Origin: a candidate division WOR-3 bacterium
GTDB taxonomy: Bacteria; SDB-A
NCBI GenBank assembly: GCA_016934535.1
Contig: JAFGSQ010000024.1
Coordinates: 41,503-105,502, forward strand
Direction of reading: 5' to 3'
Length of the DNA: 64,000 nt
Shown here: in pieces, positions 38,400 to 48,045 of the stretch
Layout of the letters: every line of letters begins with the position of its first letter
Position numbering within the stretch: the first letter of the stretch is position 1
The notes under the pieces: model-generated
Seen by the model: only the letters and a program-made list of their open reading frames with translations
The model's database searches: none
What the model was told of the DNA's origin: nothing
Made by a program: the position numbers and the translations under genes

Positions 38400-39866
38400 A
38401 TGCCCTTTTTCTCAGTTGCGCTTCTGACGGTCTGGGAATTTTTATATTTTTTTTCCGTTTTCCTCGCGCGTAAAAAAAACAGACGTATATTTCTGATCTT
38501 ATCAGGCGCTTTTTTAATTGTTGTTTCTTTCTTTCTCAGCCGCGCGGGTACCAGCGCCGTTCTCTTTTCTTCCTTCGTTTTTCTCAACATCTACTTTTAT
38601 TTCGTTATGTTCGATAAGAACAGAGCCGCCGCGTCGTGGACAGGTGTCGCCTCTCTTTTATCGTTCGGCATTTTAGATCTTAAGTCGTCTTTCGGCTTTG
38701 TGCTTAACGAAAGCGAGATATCATACAATGGTGTCAATTGGAACATAGTCGGAATTTTCGCTGGAACGATGATACTTGCCGATCTTTTCATGAAATCCCG
38801 CGCTCCCGAGTTTATATCTGAAAAAATCACTAAAAAAGCCAGTACCGCAGGGGTGGCGATAGTCCTCGTTTCTGTTTTTTCAGGGGCGATTTCGATTGTC
38901 TGTGAAAATGTCGCGGCTCTGCTGATAGTCGCTCCTGTAGCTTTCAGTGTGGCTGACAAACTGAAGATATCCCCTGTGCCCTTTCTCGTTTCTTCGGCAA
39001 TATTTTCCAATCTCGAAGGGGCTTCGACTCTCATCGGCGATCCGCCGAGCATCATCCTGGCAGCAAACACCGGAATGAATTTTAACGACTTTTTTTTCTA
39101 TCACGGCAGACCCGGTATGTTCTTTGCCATACAGGCTGGAGCTCTGGCGGGATTCGCTTTCTTGTTTTTTTATTTCAGAAAACTCAGACAGCCCATTGAG
39201 ACCGTCGAAGTTACAAAAGTTTTGTCCTGGTTCCCCGCTTTCCTGCTTTCTTTTCTGACTCTGGGTCTGGCTCTTTTGTCGGTTTTCAAACTCGGCTTCG
39301 ATTTCACGGGCGGTATTTTCTGTTTGCTGACAGCAGCCTTTGGTCTCTTTTGGTGGAAGTTAAAACAAAAAAAAGGGGGCACGTTCAGAAAGACGCTGGG
39401 TGAATTCGACTTTGAAACGGTTTTTCTGCTGATGGGTATATTTATTTTGGTCGCCGGTTTGAGCAAAACCGGCGTAATAGACAAACTTGCCGCCTTTCTG
39501 GGAGAAAAAACAGCCGGAAATTTCCCCGCTTCCTTTCTTTTTTTCACTATCACCAGCGTAATATTCTCGGCCTTCATTGACAATGTCCCGTTTGTTACGG
39601 CTATGGTTCCGATCTGTCTTTCGATGGCCTTAAAAACCGGCCTTGGAGAAGTTCAGACTCTGTCACTCGCTTTCGCAGTGACACTGGGAGCGTCCATCGG
39701 AGGAAACATCACGCCTATCGGAGCGTCTTCCAACATAGTCGCGGTGGGACTTTTGAAAAAAAAAGGTCTCAAAGTTACGTTTTTCGACTTTCTTAAAATC
39801 GGCCTGCCATTCACTTTATTTTCAACTGCCGCAGCTGCGGGATTTATTTTTTTTTTCTGGCGTTAA
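38400..39866 (+). CDS. ArsB/NhaD/SLC13-family (IT superfamily) transporter
   Basis: SNLEGASTLIGDPP, SAFIDNVP and GGNITPIGASSN motifs; many TM helices. Confidence 0.88.
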   Translation: MPFFSVALLTVWEFLYFFSVFLARKKNRRIFLILSGAFLIVVSFFLSRAGTSAVLFSSFVFLNIYFYFVMFDKNRAAASWTGVASLLSFGILDLKSSFGFVLNESEISYNGVNWNIVGIFAGTMILADLFMKSRAPEFISEKITKKASTAGVAIVLVSVFSGAISIVCENVAALLIVAPVAFSVADKLKISPVPFLVSSAIFSNLEGASTLIGDPPSIILAANTGMNFNDFFFYHGRPGMFFAIQAGALAGFAFLFFYFRKLRQPIETVEVTKVLSWFPAFLLSFLTLGLALLSVFKLGFDFTGGIFCLLTAAFGLFWWKLKQKKGGTFRKTLGEFDFETVFLLMGIFILVAGLSKTGVIDKLAAFLGEKTAGNFPASFLFFTITSVIFSAFIDNVPFVTAMVPICLSMALKTGLGEVQTLSLAFAVTLGASIGGNITPIGASSNIVAVGLLKKKGLKVTFFDFLKIGLPFTLFSTAAAAGFIFFFWR

Positions 39867-39976
39867 TCATTAACATGGTCAAATAATCACGAATCTTTTT
39901 ATTGCTATACTTCAGTTAATATCTTAAAATCCTGAATATCGGAATTTGCTACAAACTTTATAAACCAGGAGGGTGC

Positions 39977-41935
39977 ATGAAGAGCAAATCAGTATTGTTA
40001 TTGTTGGTTGCGGCGGCTTTTCTGATTCCGCTCTCGACGCTCAGCGGAAGAGTGAGCCTCGACGGATCAGGCGGTTGGTTCAGAATCCCGTCAGCTTACA
40101 ACCTCGGCAAAGGAACTTTCACGATTGGCTCAAGGTTAATGCTCAATTATTACGCGTTCGAGGATTCTTTTCCGACTACCCTGATTTACTACGACACGAC
40201 TTGGGTGGGACCGGTTTTCACTGTCGACACGACGACCAGAGACACGGTGGTCAGTACTGGAGACGCTCTTATGTGTATTACAGTTCCATTCGGAATCTCT
40301 TACGCGATTACAGATTTCGACGAATTCGGGATTTCGGGCGTTTTTTATTATGACCGTTTCATCGCCCAGCACATACACATAAGACCTGACAATCCAGGAA
40401 TAATCGAAAACGACTCACTCGGCACTTTCCAATATTTCGGAAGGAACAGTATTGTCAGCTCCGCTATTGGCGATATTTCTGTGTTCTACAAAAGAACCAT
40501 TCCAGTCAACGAAAAATTTACAATGGGCGGATTAATTCAGATAATATTCCCTACCGGTCCTGAGAGAGAGGATTCTTTCGTCAGAAGGACGACCCCGGAC
40601 AGTCTCAGGGTCAGCGAGGACGACATAACATGGAACGGAGGCCTGTTCAGGACTTTCAGACAGGGATTCGGCGGCGGAGTCAGCCTGATAGGCTCTTTCA
40701 AACCTATCCCTGAATCTCCGTTCTCTCTCGGAGGAATAGTCGGTTACAATTACTTGGGCTACAATGAATATCAGACATTGCTCGTCGGCATTGGCGCTTC
40801 TTTCAAAGGAAAGTATTTCGAGCCTTTCGTAGAAGCGACAGGAACTTTCGTACTTTCTCCCGACAGCATTGCAAGCCCTCTGAGACTGACTCCCGGACTC
40901 CGCTTCACATCTCTGCCGGGGCTTTATCTTGACATAGCTTACGATTTCAGGCTGACTTCGAACGACAAGTACAACGTCGAAAGTTACGCATTCAGCCCGG
41001 ACTGGCTCGCTTCAGTTGGATTCGGCTGGTCATACGATTTCATCCCGGACCGCCCGAAACTCGCCTGGATTGCCGGAACAGTGATGGACTCCAAAACAAT
41101 GACAGGCATATACGGAGCGAGCGTCGCGTTTGAAGACACAACGGCCGACGGATTTCTCTTCCCCACGCTGGCCACGGACGATTACGGTGCATGGTTCGTA
41201 GCCGACATACCTGCTCCCAGGTATATCGAGGTAACGGCAACTGCTCCCGGTTATTCATCAGTAAGTCCCAGACCCGTTTACGTTTCTCCGGGCGATTCTG
41301 TGACCGGCCTCGATTTCGTTCTCGAGCAGAATCTCGGCATTATAAAGGGCGTAGTCTATGAGATCAAAACCGACGCTTCAACGGCGCCCATAGCCGCCAA
41401 CATTAACATTACGGGAGACACGACCCTGTCGATTTCGACTGACGAAAACGGCAGATTTGAAATCACTCTTCTTCCCGGTACATTCAATTTTGAAGCTTAC
41501 GTAGCCGGATATATTCCGTCGAAAAAGGAATTCAGTCTCGAAAGCAAACAGGTTTTGGTCGCGGAGTTCAATCTTCTCAAAGAGAAAGCCGAACTGGTGT
41601 TCCACAACATAAACTTCGAAGTCAACAAAGCTGAACTTCTGCCGGAATCCTATCCCATCCTCGACCAGCTCGCGAGACTTCTCAAAGAAAATCCCGACGT
41701 AAAGATAGAAATACAGGGACACACTGACAGCGACGGAAGCAACGCTCACAACCAGCAGCTTTCCGAAGCGAGAGCCGGTTCTGTTCGGAACTACCTGATC
41801 AACTCTCACGGAATCTCCCCTGAAAAACTCATCGCCATAGGTTACGGCGAGTCGAGGCTCATGATTTCACCCGAGAGATCGAGAGAAGACAAGAGAATGA
41901 ACAGAAGAGTGGAATTCCACGTCATAGATAACTAA
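39977..41935 (+). CDS. OmpA-family protein: N-terminal barrel, two carboxypeptidase-regulatory-like Ig domains, peptidoglycan-binding domain
   Basis: Signal peptide; GSGGWFRIPSAYNLGKG; TDDYGAW and TDENGRF CarboxypepD_reg-like motifs; INFE, IQGHTDSDG, LSEARA, GYGE and NRRVEF. Confidence 0.88.
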   Translation: MKSKSVLLLLVAAAFLIPLSTLSGRVSLDGSGGWFRIPSAYNLGKGTFTIGSRLMLNYYAFEDSFPTTLIYYDTTWVGPVFTVDTTTRDTVVSTGDALMCITVPFGISYAITDFDEFGISGVFYYDRFIAQHIHIRPDNPGIIENDSLGTFQYFGRNSIVSSAIGDISVFYKRTIPVNEKFTMGGLIQIIFPTGPEREDSFVRRTTPDSLRVSEDDITWNGGLFRTFRQGFGGGVSLIGSFKPIPESPFSLGGIVGYNYLGYNEYQTLLVGIGASFKGKYFEPFVEATGTFVLSPDSIASPLRLTPGLRFTSLPGLYLDIAYDFRLTSNDKYNVESYAFSPDWLASVGFGWSYDFIPDRPKLAWIAGTVMDSKTMTGIYGASVAFEDTTADGFLFPTLATDDYGAWFVADIPAPRYIEVTATAPGYSSVSPRPVYVSPGDSVTGLDFVLEQNLGIIKGVVYEIKTDASTAPIAANINITGDTTLSISTDENGRFEITLLPGTFNFEAYVAGYIPSKKEFSLESKQVLVAEFNLLKEKAELVFHNINFEVNKAELLPESYPILDQLARLLKENPDVKIEIQGHTDSDGSNAHNQQLSEARAGSVRNYLINSHGISPEKLIAIGYGESRLMISPERSREDKRMNRRVEFHVIDN

Positions 41936-41947
41936 GCGAGGTGAAAG

Positions 41948-42751
41948 ATGAAAAAATATTCGATCGCACTTATATTTCTCCTCGTCTCTACGGCTCTGTC
42001 AGCTGTTCTTCCCACGAGGACTCTCAGCGTCGAGACGGGCTACATACTGCCGCACAGAGATTCTAAAATCGGCATCGGCGACGTTGCGGTAGGACTTTAC
42101 GATTACACTCAAATAGGCTCGAACTCTCTGCTTGACGTTTTCCTTATACCGAACGTCAAGATCAAAGGCGGCGGTTTCATAGGAGAGCTTCCTATTTCAG
42201 TTTCTGCGGGAGCATACTACTGGGATTTTCTGGGATACTCTCCTATTCTCTCTCAGTCAACCAATGAAGTTCTCACCGATGAACTCACCGGCACCCTGAC
42301 GGGCAAGCTCTACGGTTACGGTTTCTTCTTCGGTGCAAGCTATTTGATATCCGAAAAACTCGGTTCCATTCACATTGGATACGAAATTGACAAAGTGATA
42401 ACCGACATCCGCGGTATCGGCGATTTCTCAATTGACCCCAGAGAGTACGTTGAAAACACGGACATTTATCTCATAAGCCCGAGAGTCTGGGGCGAAGTCG
42501 ATTCCTGGCATCAGACGGTGACGGCCGCCAACGATTTTTCGTTCGGAGTTGTGAAACTTTACACCGAGTTGGGTTACGACTTCCAACTTGAAAAAATGAA
42601 GTGGGGCGCCGGATTCGGCATTAACGCCGCTTCGAACTGCGAAATCATACTCGGAGTCCTCGGCCCAGGCGTAGAGATGGATGACGTCAACACAGGCGTA
42701 GTACCGGTTGTTCAGGCAATATGGAACTTCGACTTCAGGGAGGAAGAATGA
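41948..42751 (+). CDS. Hypothetical outer-membrane beta-barrel protein
   Basis: Signal peptide, Gly/aromatic amphipathic strands, C-terminal WNFDF. Confidence 0.6.
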   Translation: MKKYSIALIFLLVSTALSAVLPTRTLSVETGYILPHRDSKIGIGDVAVGLYDYTQIGSNSLLDVFLIPNVKIKGGGFIGELPISVSAGAYYWDFLGYSPILSQSTNEVLTDELTGTLTGKLYGYGFFFGASYLISEKLGSIHIGYEIDKVITDIRGIGDFSIDPREYVENTDIYLISPRVWGEVDSWHQTVTAANDFSFGVVKLYTELGYDFQLEKMKWGAGFGINAASNCEIILGVLGPGVEMDDVNTGVVPVVQAIWNFDFREEE

Positions 42752-43389
42752 ACAGGAAATTGATTTTTATCGCGATCGCGCTTGCCGCCGTCACTGTTAT
42801 CGGCTGCAACACGATAGTTCACATCACCAGCCGTTCCGACCCGAAAAGTCTCGACACCAGTGTCGGCGGCAGAATAAACAAACCGTACGATTACGAAAAA
42901 GTCTCCGGCCTCGACATCCCGGAAGACATCTCCATGAAACTGGTTCGCGCCCATTTTTACGGGCACGTTGCTCTCAGCGTTGACTCAGGAGCAGTCGATT
43001 CACTGAGACCGAGCAAAATTTATGTCTTCCTGAGCAAAACCGAACCCACGGACGTCCCCATGGACACTACTTTATCAGTCCCTCCTGTCAATCCGGTTTA
43101 CAACAGGGACAACCACAGATTGATAGTGACCATAGAATTTGAACCTCTCAGTCCTCTCGGTGATTCCGCGGACTTCACTTTCAACGCCGAACTTAACAAA
43201 GACGATCTTTTGTGGGCAGACGCGATATTCAAATCGAGAACAGACTTTTACGTCAAAGCCATACTGATACCGCCCATCACAAATGTATCAGTTAACACGG
43301 ACGTCACCGCGTTTGTAGACGATGCTTATTTCGAAGTTGATTTCGAAAAAGAAACAGGGGGACTTTTCCCTCTTCTTTTCTGGTTCTGA
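42748..43389 (+). CDS. Hypothetical lipoprotein
   Basis: ATG 42748 overlaps the previous stop (ATGA) behind GGAGG; lipobox VIGC. Confidence 0.7.
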   Translation: MNRKLIFIAIALAAVTVIGCNTIVHITSRSDPKSLDTSVGGRINKPYDYEKVSGLDIPEDISMKLVRAHFYGHVALSVDSGAVDSLRPSKIYVFLSKTEPTDVPMDTTLSVPPVNPVYNRDNHRLIVTIEFEPLSPLGDSADFTFNAELNKDDLLWADAIFKSRTDFYVKAILIPPITNVSVNTDVTAFVDDAYFEVDFEKETGGLFPLLFWF

Positions 43390-43437
43390 TTAACTTTGAG
43401 GGGAGGCTTTTATTAGCTTCCCCTCTTCAAAAAACCG

Positions 43438-44451
43438 ATGAAATATTCCGATTCCGGCGTTGACATAGAGAAAGCCGAAAGAGCGCTCGGAAGAATTAAA
43501 GAACTCGTTAAATCCACTTTCAACGAAAGAGTCGTGCAGGACATCGGCAATTTCGGAGCGGTCTTCTCATACCGGGAAAACAGATACCTGGTGTCATCCG
43601 CCGACGGTGTCGGAACCAAGCTCAAGATAGCTTTCGCCACGGGAGTTCACAGCACTATCGGTCAGGATCTTGTAAACCACTGCGTCAACGACATATTTGT
43701 TCTCGGAGCAAGCCCGATGTTTTTTCTCGACTACATAGCGTCGGGAAAAATCGTGGAAGACACTTACGAGAGAATAATTGACGGCCTCTCTCGGGCATGC
43801 AAAACCAATTCATGTTGTCTGATAGGCGGCGAGACGGCCGAAATGCCCGGCTTTTACATGGAAGGCGAATACGACATAGCAGGTTTCATTGTGGGCGAAG
43901 TAGGAAAGGAAGACATCCTCGGGTCACAAAGAGTATCTGCAACTGACATAATATACGGAATAGAATCCTCAGGTCTTCACACAAACGGATATTCTCTGGC
44001 GAGAAAGATACTCGAAAACAAAAAAATAGATTTGTCGGACTACCAGCAGGATATCTCTTCTTCGTGGGGCGAGGCTCTTTTGAAAATTCACAGGACTTAC
44101 TACCCTCTTCTCAGGGAAGCCGTTCAGGAAAAAAAACTCGTTTCGGCAATGGCTCACATCACGGGCGGCGGTATAGGAAAGAATCTGAAAAGATCAATTC
44201 CGGCAGATTTGAACGCCGTCATTGAAATGAACTGGCAGATACCGGCCGTTTTCAGCGCTCTGAAATCTCTCGGAAATGTTGACGAATCGGAAATGATGCT
44301 GGCATTCAACATGGGGATGGGAATGATTTGTTCGGTTCCGCAGAACAAATGCCGGGAATTCGAAACCTACCTCGGTTTAAAAGGCGAACCCGTCCACAGA
44401 ATAGGTTTCTTCGAAAAAGGGTCGGGAGATGTCAGGTTTGCGGGATCTTAA
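43438..44451 (+). CDS. purM: Phosphoribosylformylglycinamidine cyclo-ligase (AIR synthase)
   Basis: YSDSGVDIE, DGVGTKL, CVND, GGETAEMP, SSGLHTNGYSL, HITGGG and FNMGMG. Confidence 0.95.
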   Translation: MKYSDSGVDIEKAERALGRIKELVKSTFNERVVQDIGNFGAVFSYRENRYLVSSADGVGTKLKIAFATGVHSTIGQDLVNHCVNDIFVLGASPMFFLDYIASGKIVEDTYERIIDGLSRACKTNSCCLIGGETAEMPGFYMEGEYDIAGFIVGEVGKEDILGSQRVSATDIIYGIESSGLHTNGYSLARKILENKKIDLSDYQQDISSSWGEALLKIHRTYYPLLREAVQEKKLVSAMAHITGGGIGKNLKRSIPADLNAVIEMNWQIPAVFSALKSLGNVDESEMMLAFNMGMGMICSVPQNKCREFETYLGLKGEPVHRIGFFEKGSGDVRFAGS

Positions 44452-44713
44452 AAAAGACAATCGCTCGGAATTTTTTTTGTTTCTGTTAAAAAAAAGAAAA
44501 CCTCACGACGCACTTTCTCTTATCAAAGCGACTGTAAAAGAAGCCGGAACTCAGTGGGGATTCGCCTCACCGGCTGTATTCAGGCATTGGAACATGAGCT
44601 CTTTAAAAGACATCTTCGATTTCACAGGATCTCTTCCCGAATACTCAGAAATGGATTTTTCATATCCCCCCTCGCTAGGCATCATCAGAATTAATGATAT
44701 TTTTTCTTTTTGA
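44429..44713 (+). CDS. Small hypothetical protein
   Basis: 94-aa ORF overlapping the purM end and filling otherwise empty space; no motif. Confidence 0.4.
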   Translation: MSGLRDLKKDNRSEFFLFLLKKRKPHDALSLIKATVKEAGTQWGFASPAVFRHWNMSSLKDIFDFTGSLPEYSEMDFSYPPSLGIIRINDIFSF

Positions 44714-44893
44714 CTTGTAAAATTTCATAAAACTCTTATATTTTCTTTAGACCTCACGATTAACGCCTTCCGTCTTTACCTTAAGTGTTTTATGCGTTAA
44801 TATTGTTGTTAATCTTTTTACAACGTCGTTGAGAATAGTCAAAACAGCGTGTTTTAGGCAAATAAAACAATAGAGTTTTGGGAGAAAACTTCA

Positions 44894-45232
44894 ATGTACA
44901 AGATTCACGATGAAAGCCCTTTGATGGATATTATCGTAAAAAAAACGTCAGTGGTTTTGACGGTGGAAGTTCCCGGTCTCAAAGCCGAAGACATAATAAT
45001 TCAGCTGAACGAGGACAAGATCACGCTGATTTCAAAGATTCCTCCGGCCTTAACAGTCGAGGGTAAATACGTTTTAATGGAAAGATGTCACAGACCGTTT
45101 AACAGGACAATTTCTCTTCCTCATAAAATCGATCCTGATTCTATTAAGACAAATCTATCGGGAGGAATTCTCACGATTCATCTGTCAATATTAAAGGAGG
45201 TTCGTTCTGCAAGGACAATCCAGCTACTCTGA
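44894..45232 (+). CDS. Hsp20/alpha-crystallin small heat-shock protein
   Basis: PLMDI, EVPGLK, ER..PF.RTISLP and L.GGIL.I motifs; directly upstream of lon. Confidence 0.85.
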   Translation: MYKIHDESPLMDIIVKKTSVVLTVEVPGLKAEDIIIQLNEDKITLISKIPPALTVEGKYVLMERCHRPFNRTISLPHKIDPDSIKTNLSGGILTIHLSILKEVRSARTIQLL

Positions 45233-45275
45233 AAAAAAACCGCTGCCCGCGATCCCTCCGGTAATTTTACCTCTT

Positions 45276-47579
45276 TTGGTGCTTGACAAGCAGATAATTT
45301 ACCCAAATCTCCCGTTAGTTGTAATTGTGTCGGGTCAAAAAGACATTGACATGATTAACGAAATCCTCAAATCCAGAGACAAAACGCTGGTCGCGGTTTT
45401 GAAAAAGGAAAACAACGAAGAAGGATTGCCCCTCGAAAACTACGTATACGAAACCGGAGTCATTTCTCTAGTGACAAAACTCATGAATTACGACGACAAT
45501 TACAGGATCATAATTCAGGGAAGAAAAAGAGTCAGACTTCAGAAAATATTCGACAAAGACACATACTCAAAAGCGGAAGTCGTATCGATTGATGACACAA
45601 ACGAAACGGGCGTGGAAACAGACGCCTTGCACAGATCCCTTCAAAACACTTTTATAGATCTGATAGAAGAAACTCCCGCAATACCCCAGGAGCTGAAAAT
45701 CGTCATCAAAGAGATAGACAAACCCGGAAGCCTTGCGGACTTTGTATCCATGCACATAAACATGGACATAACAGACAGGCAGAAAATACTGGAAACCCCT
45801 GACGTCAGAGAGAGAATAAGATTCGTTCTCGAAAAAGTAATAGATGAACTGGAGATTGCAAAAGTTGCATCAAAAATAAGGAAAGACGTTGAAGAAAAAG
45901 CCGAAGACAGCAGAAAAGAATATTTTTTAAGAGAACAGATGAAAGCCATAAAAAAAGAACTCGGTGAAAAAGACGATTCTGCGAGAGAGATCGGCGAAAT
46001 TCAGGAGAAGATGCAAAAAACGCTTCTCACTGAAGAGGCAAAAAAAGCCTGTGAGAAGGAGATTGAAAGAATAAATCAGATGCCTCCTGCCTCCGCAGAA
46101 TACTCTGTTTCGAGGACATACATTGACTGGATACTCGATCTTCCATGGGGAGTTTACACCAAGGACAAAGCAAACATACGCAATGCAAAAAGCATTCTCG
46201 ATTCCGACCATTACGACCTGAAAGACGTAAAAGAAAGAATACTGGAATTCATAGCAGTCAGAAAACTAAAGAACGACGTCAAAAGTCCGATAATTTGCTT
46301 TTTAGGTCCTCCCGGAGTCGGAAAGACTTCACTCGGTCAGTCAATAGCCAAAACCCTGGGAAGAAAATTTGTCAGGTTTTCTCTTGGAGGGATCAGGGAC
46401 GAAGCGGAAATAAGGGGTCACAGAAGAACATACGTAGGCGCGATGCCGGGAAGGATAGTCCAGGGAATCAGAAGGGCTGAGTCTGCTAATCCGCTGTTCA
46501 TGCTCGATGAGATAGACAAGCTCGGCGTCGATTTCCGGGGTGATCCCGCTTCGGCTCTTTTAGAGGTGCTGGACCCCGAGCAGAATTCAGGTTTCAGGGA
46601 TCATTACCTGGATCTGTCATTCGATTTGTCGAAAGTCCTTTTCATCATGACCGCCAACACAACTGCAACCATACCGCCTGCGCTGTTAGACAGAATGGAG
46701 ATAATAGAACTCTCTGGTTACACCACCGAGGAAAAAATTGAAATAGCCAGGATACACCTGCTCCCCCGGCAATTGAAAGAAAACGGATTAGACGGTAAAA
46801 ATATAAGTTTCAGTAATGAGGCGATTGAAACCATAATATCCAACTACACTTTCGAAGCAGGGGTCAGAAATCTTGAGAGGAACATTTCAAGAATATGCAG
46901 AAAAATAGCGAAAAAAATAGCTTCCTCATCCGCTCTCGAAACAACCGCTTCTGAAATTACAAAGCAATCAATCACGAAATTCCTCGGTCCTCCTAGGCAG
47001 ATTCATGAGAAAAAACTGCCCGTTCCCCAGGTAGGCATTTCCACAGGCCTGGCTTGGACGCCAAACGGCGGGGAGATTCTTTTCATCGAATCAATATTCA
47101 TGCCCGGGAAAGGCAATCTCATTCTCACCGGCCAGCTCGGAGACGTCATGAAAGAATCCGCTATGGCGGCTCTGACATATCTGAAAGCGACCGTCGTAAA
47201 AAAAGACGGAAGTCAGGACTTTTTTAAAGACAAAGATTTCCACATTCATGTTCCGGCCGGAGCCATACCTAAAGACGGACCGTCTGCCGGAGTGGCTATT
47301 GTTTCAGCTTTGTACAGCAGAATCAACAACATCAAATTGAAAAATGAAGTAGCCATGACGGGAGAGATTACGCTTTCCGGAAGAGTTTTGCCCGTCGGCG
47401 GAATAGAGAACAAAGTGTTGGCTGCGAAAAGGTCCGGTGTTAAAACAGTAATACTCCCGAAAGACAACGCCGCTGATTTTTCTCAAATACCGGCAGAAAA
47501 GAAAAAGGGGATAAAACCCATTTTCGTCGAAAGCATTGATAAAGTCCTGAAATACGTAATTCATACAAAGGGAGAATGA
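45276..47579 (+). CDS. lon: Lon (La) ATP-dependent protease
   Basis: GPPGVGKT, LDEIDK, DGPSAG (Ser), MTGEITLSGRVLPVGG and KVLAAKR (Lys). Confidence 0.96.
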   Translation: MVLDKQIIYPNLPLVVIVSGQKDIDMINEILKSRDKTLVAVLKKENNEEGLPLENYVYETGVISLVTKLMNYDDNYRIIIQGRKRVRLQKIFDKDTYSKAEVVSIDDTNETGVETDALHRSLQNTFIDLIEETPAIPQELKIVIKEIDKPGSLADFVSMHINMDITDRQKILETPDVRERIRFVLEKVIDELEIAKVASKIRKDVEEKAEDSRKEYFLREQMKAIKKELGEKDDSAREIGEIQEKMQKTLLTEEAKKACEKEIERINQMPPASAEYSVSRTYIDWILDLPWGVYTKDKANIRNAKSILDSDHYDLKDVKERILEFIAVRKLKNDVKSPIICFLGPPGVGKTSLGQSIAKTLGRKFVRFSLGGIRDEAEIRGHRRTYVGAMPGRIVQGIRRAESANPLFMLDEIDKLGVDFRGDPASALLEVLDPEQNSGFRDHYLDLSFDLSKVLFIMTANTTATIPPALLDRMEIIELSGYTTEEKIEIARIHLLPRQLKENGLDGKNISFSNEAIETIISNYTFEAGVRNLERNISRICRKIAKKIASSSALETTASEITKQSITKFLGPPRQIHEKKLPVPQVGISTGLAWTPNGGEILFIESIFMPGKGNLILTGQLGDVMKESAMAALTYLKATVVKKDGSQDFFKDKDFHIHVPAGAIPKDGPSAGVAIVSALYSRINNIKLKNEVAMTGEITLSGRVLPVGGIENKVLAAKRSGVKTVILPKDNAADFSQIPAEKKKGIKPIFVESIDKVLKYVIHTKGE

Positions 47580-47580
47580 A

Positions 47581-48045
47581 TTGATAAGCGATTTGTTGAA
47601 ACCCGAAAGCGTTATTATTAGCAATGAAAAATTTAACTTCGAGAATGCTCTCGAAGCACTAATCGAAGTCATCGAAATAAATCCCGAATCCAAACCCGCT
47701 CTCAAAGATCTGCTCATAAAACGGGAAGAACTCATTTCCTCAAGACTCGGAAAAGGAGTCATGATTTTCAGAGCCTGGCCTGTCGAAGCCGACAACGCAT
47801 ATTTTTCTCTCGGAATTTTTCCCGAAGGCCTCGACGTAGAGACTTTCGACGGAGAAGACATAAAAATCGCCGGGCTTTTGGCCGCGCCTAAAAACAGGGA
47901 ACACGATTACCACGAAAATCTCGTCTCTGTTTTGAGGCTTTTCAACGAAAATTCACTCAGGGACGATCTGCTGCTTTGCGAAGACGCTTCAAAAATCATT
48001 GAGTTGATAAAGGAAGAGGAGACAGAATTTGAAAAGTCAGTCTGA
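47581..48045 (+). CDS. PTS EIIA (PtsN/fructose-type) fold protein lacking the phosphoacceptor His
   Basis: LLKPESV, LIKREELISS..GKGV and PEGLD..TFDGEDI. IFRA stands where IPHA is expected. Confidence 0.7.
   Translation: MISDLLKPESVIISNEKFNFENALEALIEVIEINPESKPALKDLLIKREELISSRLGKGVMIFRAWPVEADNAYFSLGIFPEGLDVETFDGEDIKIAGLLAAPKNREHDYHENLVSVLRLFNENSLRDDLLLCEDASKIIELIKEEETEFEKSV

Noticed and set aside
44714-44893. CIRCE/HrcA operator before hsp20-lon
   Set aside because: No TTAGCACTC-N9-GAGTGCTAA match; the inverted repeats present have a different sequence and spacing.
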